DNA of 64,000 nucleotides from a bacterium (GCA_016781505.1 JADDQF010000064.1:3292-67291); one strand, 5' to 3'; positions 1 through 10,371 are shown, counted from the first letter of the stretch. Numbers and translations: made by a program. Notes: generated from the letters alone by a model not told the origin.

Positions 1-1790
1 TCGAGCTCGCGCTCAAACGCTTGCAGCCGCTGGTCGCGCTCTAACTCTAGCTGGGCCAGCTCGTTCTGCAGCTCAGCGCGGAGGTGCTCGGCTGCTGCAC
101 GCTCTTGCTCGGCCTGCTGTTGTTCGGTGGCCGCCGCCTCACGCTGCCGCGCAATCGACGTGAGCATCTCCTCGACCTGCTCCTCCTCGGCCGACAAGAA
201 CGAGCGGGCACGGTCAATGAGCTCTGGCTGCAGTCCCAAGCGCGAAGCAATTGCCAGCGCATTGGACCGTCCTGGCAGGCCAATCTCCAGCCGATACGCC
301 GGCCGCAGGGTTTCTTCGTCAAAGGCCACCGAGGCGTTTTCAACGCCGGGCGTGTTATGGGCATACGCTTTTAGCTCGGCGTAGTGCGTCGTGCCAATGC
401 ATAAAGCGCCACTTTCCAACACCCGCTCGATGATGGCGCGTGCAAGTGCCGCGCCTTCCGTGGGATCGGTCCCCGCGCCGAGCTCGTCAAAGAGCACCAG
501 CGCACTGGGCGCTTGGCCATACGTCGTCCGGTCGGCCTTGATCTGATCCAGCGTGCGCAGGATGGCGATGATATGCGTCATATGCGACGAAAAGGTGGAT
601 AAGCTTTGCTCGATGCTTTGCTCATCGCCAATATCGGCAAAGATATGCTGAAATACCGGCAGCCGTGAACGATCCGCGGCCGGAATATGGAGGCCGGACT
701 GCGCCATCAACGCGAGCAGGCCGGTGGTCTTAAGCGCTACGGTCTTGCCCCCGGTGTTCGGCCCCGTAATCAGTAACACACGAAACGTTTTGCCCAGCCA
801 CACATCGGTCGGCACAACCGTCGTCTGATCCAACAGCGGGTGCCGCGCGCGACGCAGGTGCAGTGGCGGCTCCGGATCGTCACTCTCCGACAGCCCATCG
901 ACAATTGTTGGCTCAATGCAATTCAGCGCTGCGCTGTAACGACCCTTGGCAAAGAGCAAGTCAAGCTCGGCCAGCGCTTCAACGCCGGTGGTGATGTTGT
1001 CGCCCTGCTCGGCGATGCGGGCCGAAAGCATTTGCAGGATACGCGTGATCTCCTGCTGCTCCGCGAGCTGCAGCTCGCGCCACCGGTTGTTCAGCTCCAC
1101 GGTTTGCAGCGGCTCGACAAACAAGGTCGCGCCGGTGTTTGACTGATCGTGGACAATGCCCTGTAATGTTCGTCGGCCGGTTGCCTTGATCGGCACGACG
1201 TAGCGCCCGTCGCGCATGGTGACGATCGGCTCTTGCAGCGCTCCAGCGTATTGCGACGAGCCAATAATGCCGTTCAGGCGCTCCAGCAGGCGGCTGTGCG
1301 CCACCCGTATTTCGGACCGGATCTTGCCTAACGTCGGGCTAGCGCTATCCAGGATGTTGCCACCCGGATCGACGGTATGCTCGATAGCATCCTCCAGGCT
1401 GGGCAGCTCCGGCAACGCCAGGGCAATATCACGCAGGGGGGCGTAGGGCTCCGGAGGCAGCTTGAACAGTCTGACCCGTAGCTGGCGCATAGTTCCCAGC
1501 GTAGCGCTGACCTCAAGCAGCTGTTCCGGCTCCAGTATGCCGCCGCGCAAACTCTTCGCAACCGACTGACGGATATCCCGCGCGCCGCCGATGGTGATAT
1601 CGGGAAATGTATCAAAAAGCTGTCGCGCCGCACTGGTTGCGCGCTGGGCGTGCCGAATAAACGTTGCGTCGTCATCCGGACGCAGGCTTAACGCCAGTTC
1701 CCGGCTGGCCGAGAACGACGTGTGCTGGGCGAGGCGCTCACGAACTTTAGGATATTCAAGAATACTTAGCGTACGTTCCGCAATTGTCAT
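1..1790 (-). CDS. mutS2: Endonuclease MutS2 (3' end runs off the window)
   Basis: ATG at 1790 reads MTIAERTLSILEYPKVRERLA. Walker A region ITGPNTGGKTVALKT, then IFADIGDEQSIEQSLSTFSSHM and FDELGAGTDPTEG. Absent from the ORF track because the stop is outside the window. Confidence 0.93.
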   Translation of the reverse strand, partial: MTIAERTLSILEYPKVRERLAQHTSFSASRELALSLRPDDDATFIRHAQRATSAARQLFDTFPDITIGGARDIRQSVAKSLRGGILEPEQLLEVSATLGTMRQLRVRLFKLPPEPYAPLRDIALALPELPSLEDAIEHTVDPGGNILDSASPTLGKIRSEIRVAHSRLLERLNGIIGSSQYAGALQEPIVTMRDGRYVVPIKATGRRTLQGIVHDQSNTGATLFVEPLQTVELNNRWRELQLAEQQEITRILQMLSARIAEQGDNITTGVEALAELDLLFAKGRYSAALNCIEPTIVDGLSESDDPEPPLHLRRARHPLLDQTTVVPTDVWLGKTFRVLLITGPNTGGKTVALKTTGLLALMAQSGLHIPAADRSRLPVFQHIFADIGDEQSIEQSLSTFSSHMTHIIAILRTLDQIKADRTTYGQAPSALVLFDELGAGTDPTEGAALARAIIERVLESGALCIGTTHYAELKAYAHNTPGVENASVAFDEETLRPAYRLEIGLPGRSNALAIASRLGLQPELIDRARSFLSAEEEQVEEMLTSIARQREAAATEQQQAEQERAAAEHLRAELQNELAQLELERDQRLQAFEREL

Positions 1791-1872
1791 GCTGCTTGAT
1801 CGCTCTCCGCTCCGCCTTTTCAGCTACCCCAACCAGCCAATCTAGGCGCGTTCAACACACTAAAATCAAAAA

Positions 1873-1907
1873 CGACGGCAGGGGCATTATACCCCGATCT
1901 GCCGTCG
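1873..1907 (-). terminator. Hairpin downstream of cvpA, with a TATAAT in its loop
   Basis: CGACGGCAG/CTGCCGTCG stem followed by TTTTT on the minus strand. TATAAT at 1891-1886 could be the mutS2 -10. Confidence 0.55.
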
Positions 1908-2040
1908 CCCACGCTGTAGGTTGGCGTGCTGTTTGGCCTAGTTCGCCGCCGGGACGGGGATGCGGGTGGTTTCCCGATCATTGCCCCTCCTCGAGCTTCA
2001 CATACCTTCCGCAAAACCGAACAGGTCCGTTACGTATGCA

Positions 2041-2577
2041 TTAGCGGATGGGATTGAAGAATGGAATGGCGGCGTCTGGCAAGAACGGCGAGACCAGCGT
2101 GAAAAGCCGTGGCAAAATATTATACATGAGTAGCCGCAGCAAGGTTGAGTTTTGTGTGCTGGTTTGGAGTGCCCGCGTAATCGGATATTCATTGCCGGCG
2201 CGATGCGAGATAAACATATACTGCAGCACCATGGCAATAATGCTCGCCAAGACCACACCCAGAATCACGCCGAATCCCACACCTAGGATACGATCCAGGT
2301 ATTCAAGACGGCCTGGAAAACGTACATATCGAAACGTGTATAGCGACATTGCGAGCAATATAATAAAGCACAACGTCAAAATAATAAAGAAACTGACGGC
2401 TTCGGCGACAACTGGGCTGGTATTGAAGTACGTTGCCATAAGCTTGAAGTACAAGCTCGCAAGCACAACGCTCAAATAAAATGTAACCAGTGCAATTACC
2501 AGCTTAACGGTGCCTTGGAAAAATCCTGCGCCGGTAACGATCAGAAAGAGGGCCATAAGGAGCACATTAACAAACAT
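2041..2577 (-). CDS. cvpA: CvpA (colicin V production) family membrane protein
   Basis: 178 aa with four TM segments, G..QG near the N-terminus and LDRILGVGFG. Lies upstream of mutS2, as in Firmicutes. Confidence 0.8.
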   Translation of the reverse strand: MFVNVLLMALFLIVTGAGFFQGTVKLVIALVTFYLSVVLASLYFKLMATYFNTSPVVAEAVSFFIILTLCFIILLAMSLYTFRYVRFPGRLEYLDRILGVGFGVILGVVLASIIAMVLQYMFISHRAGNEYPITRALQTSTQNSTLLRLLMYNILPRLFTLVSPFLPDAAIPFFNPIR

Positions 2578-2628
2578 CCAATAACTCCGCTGTTGGGAAT
2601 AACTACGTGGGGGTTCTCAAGTTGCGCA

Positions 2629-2672
2629 ATTATAGCATACGCTTGTGCTCCTTAATGGCCCAGTGCTATAAT
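2629..2672. promoter_or_regulatory. Back-to-back divergent extended -10 promoters
   Basis: TGCTATAAT on minus (2637-2629) toward cvpA and TGCTATAAT on plus (2664-2672) toward the DUF2203 gene. Confidence 0.65.
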
Positions 2673-2713
2673 GCCGCTTGACCTAGGGGAACCTAGTCCC
2701 TGAGGCGATCACC

Positions 2714-3103
2714 ATGAACGATCGACGGTACACTGTTGCCGAGGCAAATGCCATCTTGCCCCATGTGCGCGAGCTCGTCAAACGCATACTGCTGGCTCGC
2801 ACGCATATCTTGCAGCTGCAGCCTGAACTCTGGCCGGCAATCCAAGCAGCGGTCTTTAATGGTGGCAGCAAAACGGTCTCGGAGGCGACGCGCCACATCA
2901 TCCTCATCCAAGAGGGGATTCGCGCGCTCCAGGCGCTCAACATCCTAGTCAAAGATATCAACATCGGGTTGATTGACTTTCCGGCCGAGCGTGATGGCCA
3001 ACTTGTGTTGTTGTGTTGGCTGTACGATGAGCCGACGGTTCAATTTTGGCATGATCCGGATACCGGCTTTGCGGGTCGGCGACGGATCGAAGAGCTATTT
3101 TAA
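2714..3103 (+). CDS. DUF2203 family protein
   Basis: YTVAEANAILP, VKDINIGLIDFP, LLCWLYDEP and WHDPDTGFAGRR are typical of the family. Confidence 0.85.
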   Translation: MNDRRYTVAEANAILPHVRELVKRILLARTHILQLQPELWPAIQAAVFNGGSKTVSEATRHIILIQEGIRALQALNILVKDINIGLIDFPAERDGQLVLLCWLYDEPTVQFWHDPDTGFAGRRRIEELF

Positions 3104-3225
3104 CGCGGTCATTCCCCGAGCTATACTTTAAGGTACGTGATCTTGTGCTCCGTTCCCCCAGCGCCGGTGGTATAATTGCCCGCAAGCTCTGTTGAGCTGT
3201 TTGTGCCTTTGGAGGAAGCTGTTCC

Positions 3226-3501
3226 ATGACCAACCAGTCCCGCCGTCGGCCGACGCGAAACTTGACACGTCGGGAGCGTCGCACTGGCGCCGCTCAAACC
3301 TATGCTACGCCTGCTGCTCCAACGGCACCCTTTCGCCGTTCTTATATGGCCGAGCCAGCGCCCGTCGATTATGCGGCAGAGTATCGCTTTATCCGCAAGG
3401 ATTTGATCCGGATCCTGGTCTGGGCGACTGTGTTGATTGGCCTGATGGTTTTGCTGTCATTCTTGCCGATCGCCGACGGGTTCGGGCAGTTGCTGGGCTA
3501 A
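3226..3501 (+). CDS. Small single-TM hypothetical protein
   Basis: GGAGG RBS and TGGTATAAT at 3168-3176. Basic N-terminus, then DYAAEYRFIRKDL followed by a hydrophobic helix. Confidence 0.7.
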   Translation: MTNQSRRRPTRNLTRRERRTGAAQTYATPAAPTAPFRRSYMAEPAPVDYAAEYRFIRKDLIRILVWATVLIGLMVLLSFLPIADGFGQLLG

Positions 3502-3567
3502 ACCAGCTGGGTTTCCTCCCGGAGCAGTGGCTCCGTTGCTTGCATCGTACGTTGTTGCCAGGTGCCC

Positions 3568-4542
3568 ATGGACGAATCACGCACGCAATCCAAAGCGGCA
3601 CGGCTCCGCCGAATCGAACACAAGCTGTATAACACGCCGCACGGGCTAGGCGCTGTCGAGCTCGCCAACTATTGTGGCGTGGATCGGCGCACGATTTATC
3701 GTGACATCGAAGCGCTGGATGCGATGGGCGTGCCCGTGTGGCAGCTTGACGGCAAGTTCGGCATCGAGCGTGACGGCTACCAATCGACGGTTCGCCTCAA
3801 CCTCAACGAAACTGTTGCGCTGTACTTCGCGGCGCGGCTGCTGGCCCATCACTCCGACGAAAATAACCCCCATGTTGTCGGAGCATTGGACAAGATCGCG
3901 GCCTCATTACCCGATGCAACGCTGTCTGAGCATATGTCGCGGGCTGCCGATGTGATCCGCGCCAAGCCGATGCGCTCAAATTATGTGCAGACGGTTGAAA
4001 CGTTGACGCGAGCCTGGGCCGACCGCCGGGCGCTTGAAATCCACTATTGGGCGGCAGATCGGGACAAGCCCCAGCTGCGCGTGATCGAGCCGTATTTTTT
4101 GGAAGTGTCGCGCTTCGAGCCCGCGAGCTATGTGCTGGCCCATGATCGGCTGCGCAACGCGCTCCGCACATTCAAGGTCGAGCGCATTCAGCGGACTGAG
4201 CTGCTCCCCGAACACTACACGATTCCACCGGACTTCGATCCGTACACCTGGCTCCAATCCTCGTGGGGCATTATGGCGGAGGAGGAAGTCGAGGTGCGGC
4301 TGCGCTTCAGTCCGCTGGTAACCCGCCGCGTGCAAGAAAGCGTTTGGCATCATTCCCAGCGGCTTGAGCTGCAGCCCGACGGCGGCTGCGTGCTGTCTAT
4401 GTGCGTCGGCGGCATTCGCGAGATTCGCAACTGGGTGTTGAGCTGGGGCGCGGATGTGGAAGTGCTTGCGCCCGCTGAGCTGCGGGCCCAAATTGCCGCT
4501 GAAAGCGAGCGCATGCGCGTAAACTATCGCGCCAACAGCTAG
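3568..4542 (+). CDS. HTH-WYL-WCX transcriptional regulator (YafY/PafB-PafC-like)
   Basis: HTH ELANYCGVDRRTIYRDIEAL, WYL core RVIEPY...YVLAHD...RTFKVERI, WCX tail WVLSWGADVEVLAPAELR. Confidence 0.92.
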   Translation: MDESRTQSKAARLRRIEHKLYNTPHGLGAVELANYCGVDRRTIYRDIEALDAMGVPVWQLDGKFGIERDGYQSTVRLNLNETVALYFAARLLAHHSDENNPHVVGALDKIAASLPDATLSEHMSRAADVIRAKPMRSNYVQTVETLTRAWADRRALEIHYWAADRDKPQLRVIEPYFLEVSRFEPASYVLAHDRLRNALRTFKVERIQRTELLPEHYTIPPDFDPYTWLQSSWGIMAEEEVEVRLRFSPLVTRRVQESVWHHSQRLELQPDGGCVLSMCVGGIREIRNWVLSWGADVEVLAPAELRAQIAAESERMRVNYRANS

Positions 4543-4713
4543 CCAGTCACACGCCGATGTGCTAGCAGGGTGCTGCTGGCCGGCTGCCACAATCCCCCCG
4601 CAACGTTACCGAAGGAGCAGCCGCTATTAGTCCCACACGTATGTTCGTCGAATGACGTTCCCCTGTTTCGCTCGTCGTGGTTGTCTCCCGCATCATTGCC
4701 GAAAGGGTTCGCC

Positions 4714-5604
4714 ATGTTTCGTCGTGCCGGCCTCCTGTTGTGTCTCGTTGCGCTCGCCGTCTGCCTGCCGTTGTCCACTCCCGCCCGCGCCTCCTCTCCA
4801 CCCGTCGTGGCGATCCAAGCCGGTCATTGGCGAACCGGCGAGCTGCCCGAAGAATTTGCGCGGCTGCGCACATCCACCGGAGCGGTCGCAGGCGGCGTGC
4901 GTGAAGTTGATCTCAATGTCGATATCGCGCATCGCGTCGCCGAATATCTCCGCGCTTGGGGCAACCAAGCCTATGTGCTGCCCTCGACCGTGCCGCCGGC
5001 CTATCGGGCGGATGCGTTTGTGGCTATTCATTCGGATGGTCACGCTAATCGCAATGCGCGGGGCTTCAAAGTTGCTACCCACTATCGTGATTGGATCGCC
5101 AGTACGACCTTGGTGCGGGAGCTAGAAGATGAGTACGCCAAGCAAACCGGCCTGCCGAAAGATTGGCGCATCACCGACAACATGCGCGGATATTATCCGT
5201 TCAACAGCGGTTTGTATGAACATACCATTGCGGAAGACACGCCCGCTGCCATTGTGGAGATGGGCTTTTTGTCGAACGCGGCCGATCGCCACTTCATGAT
5301 CACGAATCGCGATTTGGTAGCGCGGGCGATTGCCCTGGGAATTGCCCGCTTTTTAGGCGCGCGACCCGTCGAAGGCTGGCCAGCACTCCACCCCATGCCG
5401 CGCGGCGATATTGTGGAAATGCTGCATGATCGCACGCCGCTGTACGCGGGTCCGGGCAAATCGTTCAAGCTGGTCGACCGGGCCGCACGCAAAGAGCGCT
5501 ATGCGGTGGTGGAACGACAGGGGGGCTGGGCTAAGCTCTTCTTTTTTACAGGCAAGGAACGCTGGGTTGAGGACTTTCAAACCATGCAGGTGGTCGTGCC
5601 GTAG
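4714..5604 (+). CDS. Secreted N-acetylmuramoyl-L-alanine amidase (Amidase_3) with C-terminal SH3-like domain
   Basis: Signal peptide, IQAGH, EVDLN, FVAIHSD and AAIVEMGFLSN zinc-site motifs. Tail LYAGPGKSF...GWAKL...RWV. Start chosen at ATG 4714. Confidence 0.85.
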   Translation: MFRRAGLLLCLVALAVCLPLSTPARASSPPVVAIQAGHWRTGELPEEFARLRTSTGAVAGGVREVDLNVDIAHRVAEYLRAWGNQAYVLPSTVPPAYRADAFVAIHSDGHANRNARGFKVATHYRDWIASTTLVRELEDEYAKQTGLPKDWRITDNMRGYYPFNSGLYEHTIAEDTPAAIVEMGFLSNAADRHFMITNRDLVARAIALGIARFLGARPVEGWPALHPMPRGDIVEMLHDRTPLYAGPGKSFKLVDRAARKERYAVVERQGGWAKLFFFTGKERWVEDFQTMQVVVP

Positions 5605-5664
5605 GGTAGGCGGGCAGCGCAGAACGTTGAGCTAGCGGCTGGGATAAACTGCTGCTACGGTTGG

Positions 5665-6870
5665 TTACATGGCCGGGAGCAGCAGCGAGAAGGTGCTGCC
5701 GTGGCCTTCTTCCGACTCGACCCAGATTCGCCCGCCATGCCGCTCGACGAGATGTTTGGCAATCGCCAGGCCGAGTCCCGTGCCGCCGCTGTTGCGGGTG
5801 CGAGCGCGATCCACCTTGTAAAAACGCTCAAAGACCCGGTCTACTTCACTTTCCGGAATACCTATGCCCGTATCGGCCACGGCCACCACGATCGCCCGCG
5901 CCAAGCCAGTCTGCTGAAGTTCGTGCCTGATTCTGGACGGCGTCTGCTGGTTGGCTGCTTGTACGGCAGATACATGGATGGTGATTCTGCCGTCGGTAGG
6001 GGTAAACTTAATCGCGTTGTTCAACAGATTGAGCAGCACCTGGCCGATCCGTTCTTCATCCACAAGCGCGAGCGGGAGTGGCTGCGTTATCTCGCTTGTG
6101 AGCTGGAGCTGACGACGCTCAGCCTGCGGTCGTAGACGCGCGATGGCACGCTCAACCAGTGCGCTGATGTCGGTCGGCTGGAAGGCCATCACCATGCGCC
6201 CCGATTCGATCTGCGACAGTTCGCGGAGCTCGTCCACCAGATGCGTCATGGCCTCCAGCTCGTCGTCGATGTTGCCCAGCATCCGCTGCGCTACCTCGGG
6301 CGGCGGCGCGCCTTGCAGTGTTTCCACCAACAGCTTAATCGACGCCAGCGGTGTACGCAGCTCGTGTGACACATTCGCCACCATTTCACGGCGCGCCCGC
6401 TCAAGTTGTGCCAGATGGGTGATGTCCCGCAACAGCACAATCGCGCAGTACTCGTCGTGGTCGGGCAGGGGATAGCAGCTAATCTGGAGTGTTTGGGGCG
6501 AGCGGGGTGGTTGAAACGTCGTCGACTGGACCTCGCCGCTCTCGATTGCCGATTTTACCAGTGCGTCAGCGCGGTAGTCGCGCAGAAGCGTGATGATCGC
6601 CTGGCCTGTGACAGTAGCTAGCTCCACATGGAGCATATTCTCCAAGGCCTGGTTTGCAAACCGGATGCGGTGGTTCCGGTCGATGAGCAGCAGGCCCGAC
6701 TCGAGTGCCGCGGCGGTCGCTAAAAAGAGCTGCGTTAACGCCCCGGTTTCTCGCTTTTCGCGGCGACGTTGCAGGTACGCGCGTTCGGCTTCGAGTTCGC
6801 GCCGCAAGCGCCACCCCCAAAGCAGGGCGGCCAGCAGCAGGGCAACAAGCAGAACAACAACAAACAGCAT
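5665..6870 (-). CDS. Sensor histidine kinase with PAS domain, PhoR-like
   Basis: One TM, PAS, H-box ANVSHELRTPL, N-box NLLNNAIKF, DTGIGI, FERFYKVDRAR, GTGLGLAI. Confidence 0.9.
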   Translation of the reverse strand: MLFVVVLLVALLLAALLWGWRLRRELEAERAYLQRRREKRETGALTQLFLATAAALESGLLLIDRNHRIRFANQALENMLHVELATVTGQAIITLLRDYRADALVKSAIESGEVQSTTFQPPRSPQTLQISCYPLPDHDEYCAIVLLRDITHLAQLERARREMVANVSHELRTPLASIKLLVETLQGAPPPEVAQRMLGNIDDELEAMTHLVDELRELSQIESGRMVMAFQPTDISALVERAIARLRPQAERRQLQLTSEITQPLPLALVDEERIGQVLLNLLNNAIKFTPTDGRITIHVSAVQAANQQTPSRIRHELQQTGLARAIVVAVADTGIGIPESEVDRVFERFYKVDRARTRNSGGTGLGLAIAKHLVERHGGRIWVESEEGHGSTFSLLLPAM

Positions 6871-6920
6871 ACAAGCGCAGCAGGGAGGAAACGGCCGACG
6901 GAGCGCCCGTCCTTCGTCCC

Positions 6921-7667
6921 TTACCGCATAGCCTCGTTCGAAGCGTGCGGGAGCGCCGCGCGGACGTCAGCATCGGCCTGGGCGGGCGCCTCGAAACGAT
7001 ATCCCGTGCCGCGGACGGTGTGAATAAAGACGGGCTGCGACGGATCGGGCTCGATCTTCTCCCGTAGCCAGCGCACATGCACATCCACCGTGCGCGAGTC
7101 GCCCAGGAAATCATAGCCCCACACCCGTTCGAGCAGCAGATCCCGGGACAGCGCCAGCCCACGATTGCGCATCAGGCAGACCAGCAGATCGAACTCCTTG
7201 GCCGAAAGCCCTGTCTCGTGCGCCCCGCGCCAAACCCGCCGCGAGCCGAGGTCGACTTTCAAATCAGCCGCGGTCAGCACCTCGCGCTGCAGCGCCTCTT
7301 CTTCGCGACGCCCCCGCCAAAGAATCCGCCGCACTCGCGCCAGCAGCTCGCCCAGGCTAAATGGCTTAACGACATAATCATCGGCGCCAAGCTCAAGGCC
7401 GGCGATGCGATCGATTTCGTCTTGCCGAGCCGTCAACATCATGATCGGAATATCCGACTCATTGCGGAGGATGCGGCACACCGAAAATCCGTCTAATTGC
7501 GGCAGCATAACATCCAAAATCAGCAGATCGGGCTGTTTGCGCCGTGCAAGCTCAAGCCCGTGTACGCCATCGCTCGCCGTCAGCACGGTGTACCCTTCTC
7601 GCTCCAGGTTGTAGCGCAGAGTATCGGAAAGAATAGCTTCGTCTTCAACCAACAAGATTGTCGCCAT
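6921..7667 (-). CDS. OmpR/PhoB-family response regulator, PhoP-like
   Basis: [25 protein letters not shown], winged helix [15 protein letters not shown]...TVRGTGY. Confidence 0.92.
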   Translation of the reverse strand: MATILLVEDEAILSDTLRYNLEREGYTVLTASDGVHGLELARRKQPDLLILDVMLPQLDGFSVCRILRNESDIPIMMLTARQDEIDRIAGLELGADDYVVKPFSLGELLARVRRILWRGRREEEALQREVLTAADLKVDLGSRRVWRGAHETGLSAKEFDLLVCLMRNRGLALSRDLLLERVWGYDFLGDSRTVDVHVRWLREKIEPDPSQPVFIHTVRGTGYRFEAPAQADADVRAALPHASNEAMR

Positions 7668-7673
7668 ACGGCC

Positions 7674-7717
7674 ATTGTAGCACGCCAAAAAGCGCCTGTT
7701 TGTTAAATCTCGCTTAA
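7674..7717 (-). promoter_or_regulatory. Extended -10 promoter with Pho-box-like direct repeats
   Basis: TGCTACAAT (7682-7674) ends 6 nt before the ATG. TTAAGC (7717-7712) and TTAACA (7706-7701) repeat with an 11-bp period. Confidence 0.55.
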
Positions 7718-7875
7718 GCCTGGCCCGCTCAGCCATAGCCGATTGGTGGCCTCGTGTTCGTACCGCAGCCCGTGATTGCGTCTTATGTCATTGCGCATAT
7801 GTCGGTTATCTCGCCGCTGCATTTGACGGTTATGCTACACTCGCCGCCATAACTCATGGACCACAGGGGTCGTGC

Positions 7876-10371
7876 ATGACGGATGATCTTGATTTGTCGG
7901 TGCTGCTCGAAGAGCGGATCAACGTGCCTGGACCGGAGCCCTGCGAGCTGCCGGTGCTGCCGTTGGCGAACACGGTGGTCTTTCCACAGGTAGTGGCTCC
8001 GCTGTTTGTGAGCCGTCAGCAGGCGCAGCACGCTCTGGATGCCGCGCTGGCGAACGACCGCATGGTGCTCACGGTGGTTCAGCGGGATGAAGCCGCCGAG
8101 GTCGTGGGCGCTGGTGACTTGTACCCTATCGGCGTGCAGTCCCGGATCAGCCGGGTTGTCCGCTTGCCGGATGGCACGATCAACATTTTGTTGCAAGGCT
8201 TGTGGCGGGTCAGCCTCGATGACATTGTGCAGGAGCAGCCCTTGTTGCGCGCGCGGGTCACACCGATCGCTGATCTGCCGACGTCGCCGCTCGGACTGGA
8301 AGCTGCGCGCCGCACGGCGCTCGCCCTGTTTGAAAAGGTAGCTAATCTCAGCCGAACGCTGCCGGAAAACGCGTACGTTGCCGCGCTTAACGTCGAAACA
8401 CCCGGCGTACTTGCCGATCTGATCGCCTCGCATCTGCCGCTGGATGTACGGCAGCGGCAGGAGGTGTTGGAGGTGCTCGACGTCGAGCAGCGCTTACATC
8501 TTGTGTGTACGCTGCTGATCCATGAGCTCGACGTGCTGCAATTAGAACATCAACTGCGGGTTGAGGTCGAGCAGGAAGTTGATCGGACGCAGCGGGAGCT
8601 GTTTCTGCGTGAACAGCTGAAGGCCATCCAGCGCGAGTTAGGCCATATCGATCCGCTGGTGCACGAGCTGGCTGGCCTGGCTCAACGCATCGCTACCGCC
8701 AACATGCCGGAACCGGTGCAGCTGCGCGCGCAGGAGGAGCTAGCCCGGCTTGAGGCCATGCCGCCCAGCACGCCCGAGTACACCCTGGTGCGAACCTATC
8801 TTGACTGGCTGGTAGCGTTGCCCTGGCACGCCACATCGGGAGATACCTACGAGCTGCAAGCGGCTGCCCAAACGTTGGATCGCCACCATTATGGCCTGCA
8901 AAAAGTAAAGGACCGTATTCTTGAGCATCTGGCCGTGCGTAAGCTGACGGGCGCGCGTAGCCGTTCGCCCGTGCTCTGTTTTGTGGGTCCTCCCGGCGTG
9001 GGCAAGACCAGCCTCGGTCGTTCGATCGCGGAAGCGCTGGGCCGGAAGTTTATGCGGATCTCCTTGGGCGGCGTGCACGACGAAGCGGAAATTCGGGGCC
9101 ATCGGCGGACGTATGTGGGCGCGATGCCGGGCCGCATTGTGAAGATGATGCGGGATGCCGGTACCGTTAATCCGGTGCTGATGCTGGACGAAATCGATAA
9201 GCTCGGCCATGATTTTCGGGGCGATCCCGCGGCCGCACTGCTCGAGGTGCTCGACCCCGAGCAAAATCACGCCTTCTCCGACCACTATCTTGATGTGCCT
9301 TACGACCTGTCGCGGGTGATGTTTATCACCACAGCGAACCTGCTCGACCCAATTCCCGATGCCCTGGTTGATCGACTCGAAGTGATCGAGCTGGCCGGCT
9401 ACACCGAGGAAGAAAAGGTGGAGATCGCCCGCCGCTTTCTGATCCCGCAACAATTGGAAGCCAATGGCCTGGCTGGGGTGCCCGTTCGTTTTGGCCAGGA
9501 CACGATTGTTGCACTGATCCGCCTGTACACCTACGAGGCCGGCGTACGCGAGTTGGAGCGTCAGATTGGCACGGTTTGCCGCAAAATAGCCCGGCGCGTA
9601 GCCGAGCAGCGTCGTCATCCCCATCGGATCGTGCCCTCGCTGCTGCCAAGCTTGCTGGGTGCTGACCGTTATGATTATGGGCTGGCCGAAGAGCACGACG
9701 AAGTGGGCGTTGCAACCGGGATGGTGTGGACGGCTAACGGCGGTGATGTTATGCCGGTCGAGATCAGCGTGGTGGAGGGCAAGGGCAATCTGTTGTTGAC
9801 GGGGCAGCTCGGGGAAGTGATGCAGGAGTCAGCGCAGGCGGCTTTGAGCTATACTCGAGCCAATGCCAAGCGGCTGGGCATCGATCCCAAACGTTTCGAT
9901 AAAGTTGATATTCATGTCCATATGCCCGATGGTGCAGTGCCCAAGGAAGGCCCGTCCGCCGGGATCACCATCGCGTGTGCGCTCGTCTCCGCCCTGACGA
10001 ATATCCCGCTTAAGCGCACTGTCGCTATGACCGGGGAGATCACGCTGCGCGGGCGGATTCTGCCGGTTGGCGGCATCAAAGAAAAGCTATTGGGCGCGTA
10101 TCGCGCTGGCATTACCCGTATTTTGATGCCGCGCAAAAACGAGCGGGATCTGGAAGACATTGCCCGCCATGTTCGGCGCAAGCTTCAATGCGCGCTGGTG
10201 CAACATATGGACGCGGTGTTGCCGGAAGCGTTTGTGCGTAACCCGCTTGACACGCCCTATCAGCCCCGCAAACGGACGCGCAAAAAGGCGGCCAGCACCG
10301 CCGCAAGCACCGCGGTACATTCAGGCACGACTGGTGGCGCCGGAAACAGCGTTGTGGCAGTTGAGGTCTAA
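7876..10371 (+). CDS. lon: ATP-dependent Lon protease
   Basis: LON N-domain, Walker A GPPGVGKTS, GHRRTYVGAMPG, LDEIDK, catalytic PKEGPSAG (Ser) and GGIKEK (Lys). Confidence 0.97.
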   Translation: MTDDLDLSVLLEERINVPGPEPCELPVLPLANTVVFPQVVAPLFVSRQQAQHALDAALANDRMVLTVVQRDEAAEVVGAGDLYPIGVQSRISRVVRLPDGTINILLQGLWRVSLDDIVQEQPLLRARVTPIADLPTSPLGLEAARRTALALFEKVANLSRTLPENAYVAALNVETPGVLADLIASHLPLDVRQRQEVLEVLDVEQRLHLVCTLLIHELDVLQLEHQLRVEVEQEVDRTQRELFLREQLKAIQRELGHIDPLVHELAGLAQRIATANMPEPVQLRAQEELARLEAMPPSTPEYTLVRTYLDWLVALPWHATSGDTYELQAAAQTLDRHHYGLQKVKDRILEHLAVRKLTGARSRSPVLCFVGPPGVGKTSLGRSIAEALGRKFMRISLGGVHDEAEIRGHRRTYVGAMPGRIVKMMRDAGTVNPVLMLDEIDKLGHDFRGDPAAALLEVLDPEQNHAFSDHYLDVPYDLSRVMFITTANLLDPIPDALVDRLEVIELAGYTEEEKVEIARRFLIPQQLEANGLAGVPVRFGQDTIVALIRLYTYEAGVRELERQIGTVCRKIARRVAEQRRHPHRIVPSLLPSLLGADRYDYGLAEEHDEVGVATGMVWTANGGDVMPVEISVVEGKGNLLLTGQLGEVMQESAQAALSYTRANAKRLGIDPKRFDKVDIHVHMPDGAVPKEGPSAGITIACALVSALTNIPLKRTVAMTGEITLRGRILPVGGIKEKLLGAYRAGITRILMPRKNERDLEDIARHVRRKLQCALVQHMDAVLPEAFVRNPLDTPYQPRKRTRKKAASTAASTAVHSGTTGGAGNSVVAVEV

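Noticed and set aside
4580..4624. CCGAAGGAGCAGC resembling the SRP RNA conserved loop
   Set aside because: Lacks the paired CAGG motif and the long helix.
4634..4647. ACAC-GTAT-GTTC, LexA-like site upstream of the Amidase_3 gene
   Set aside because: Only one good half-site and no clear overlapping promoter.
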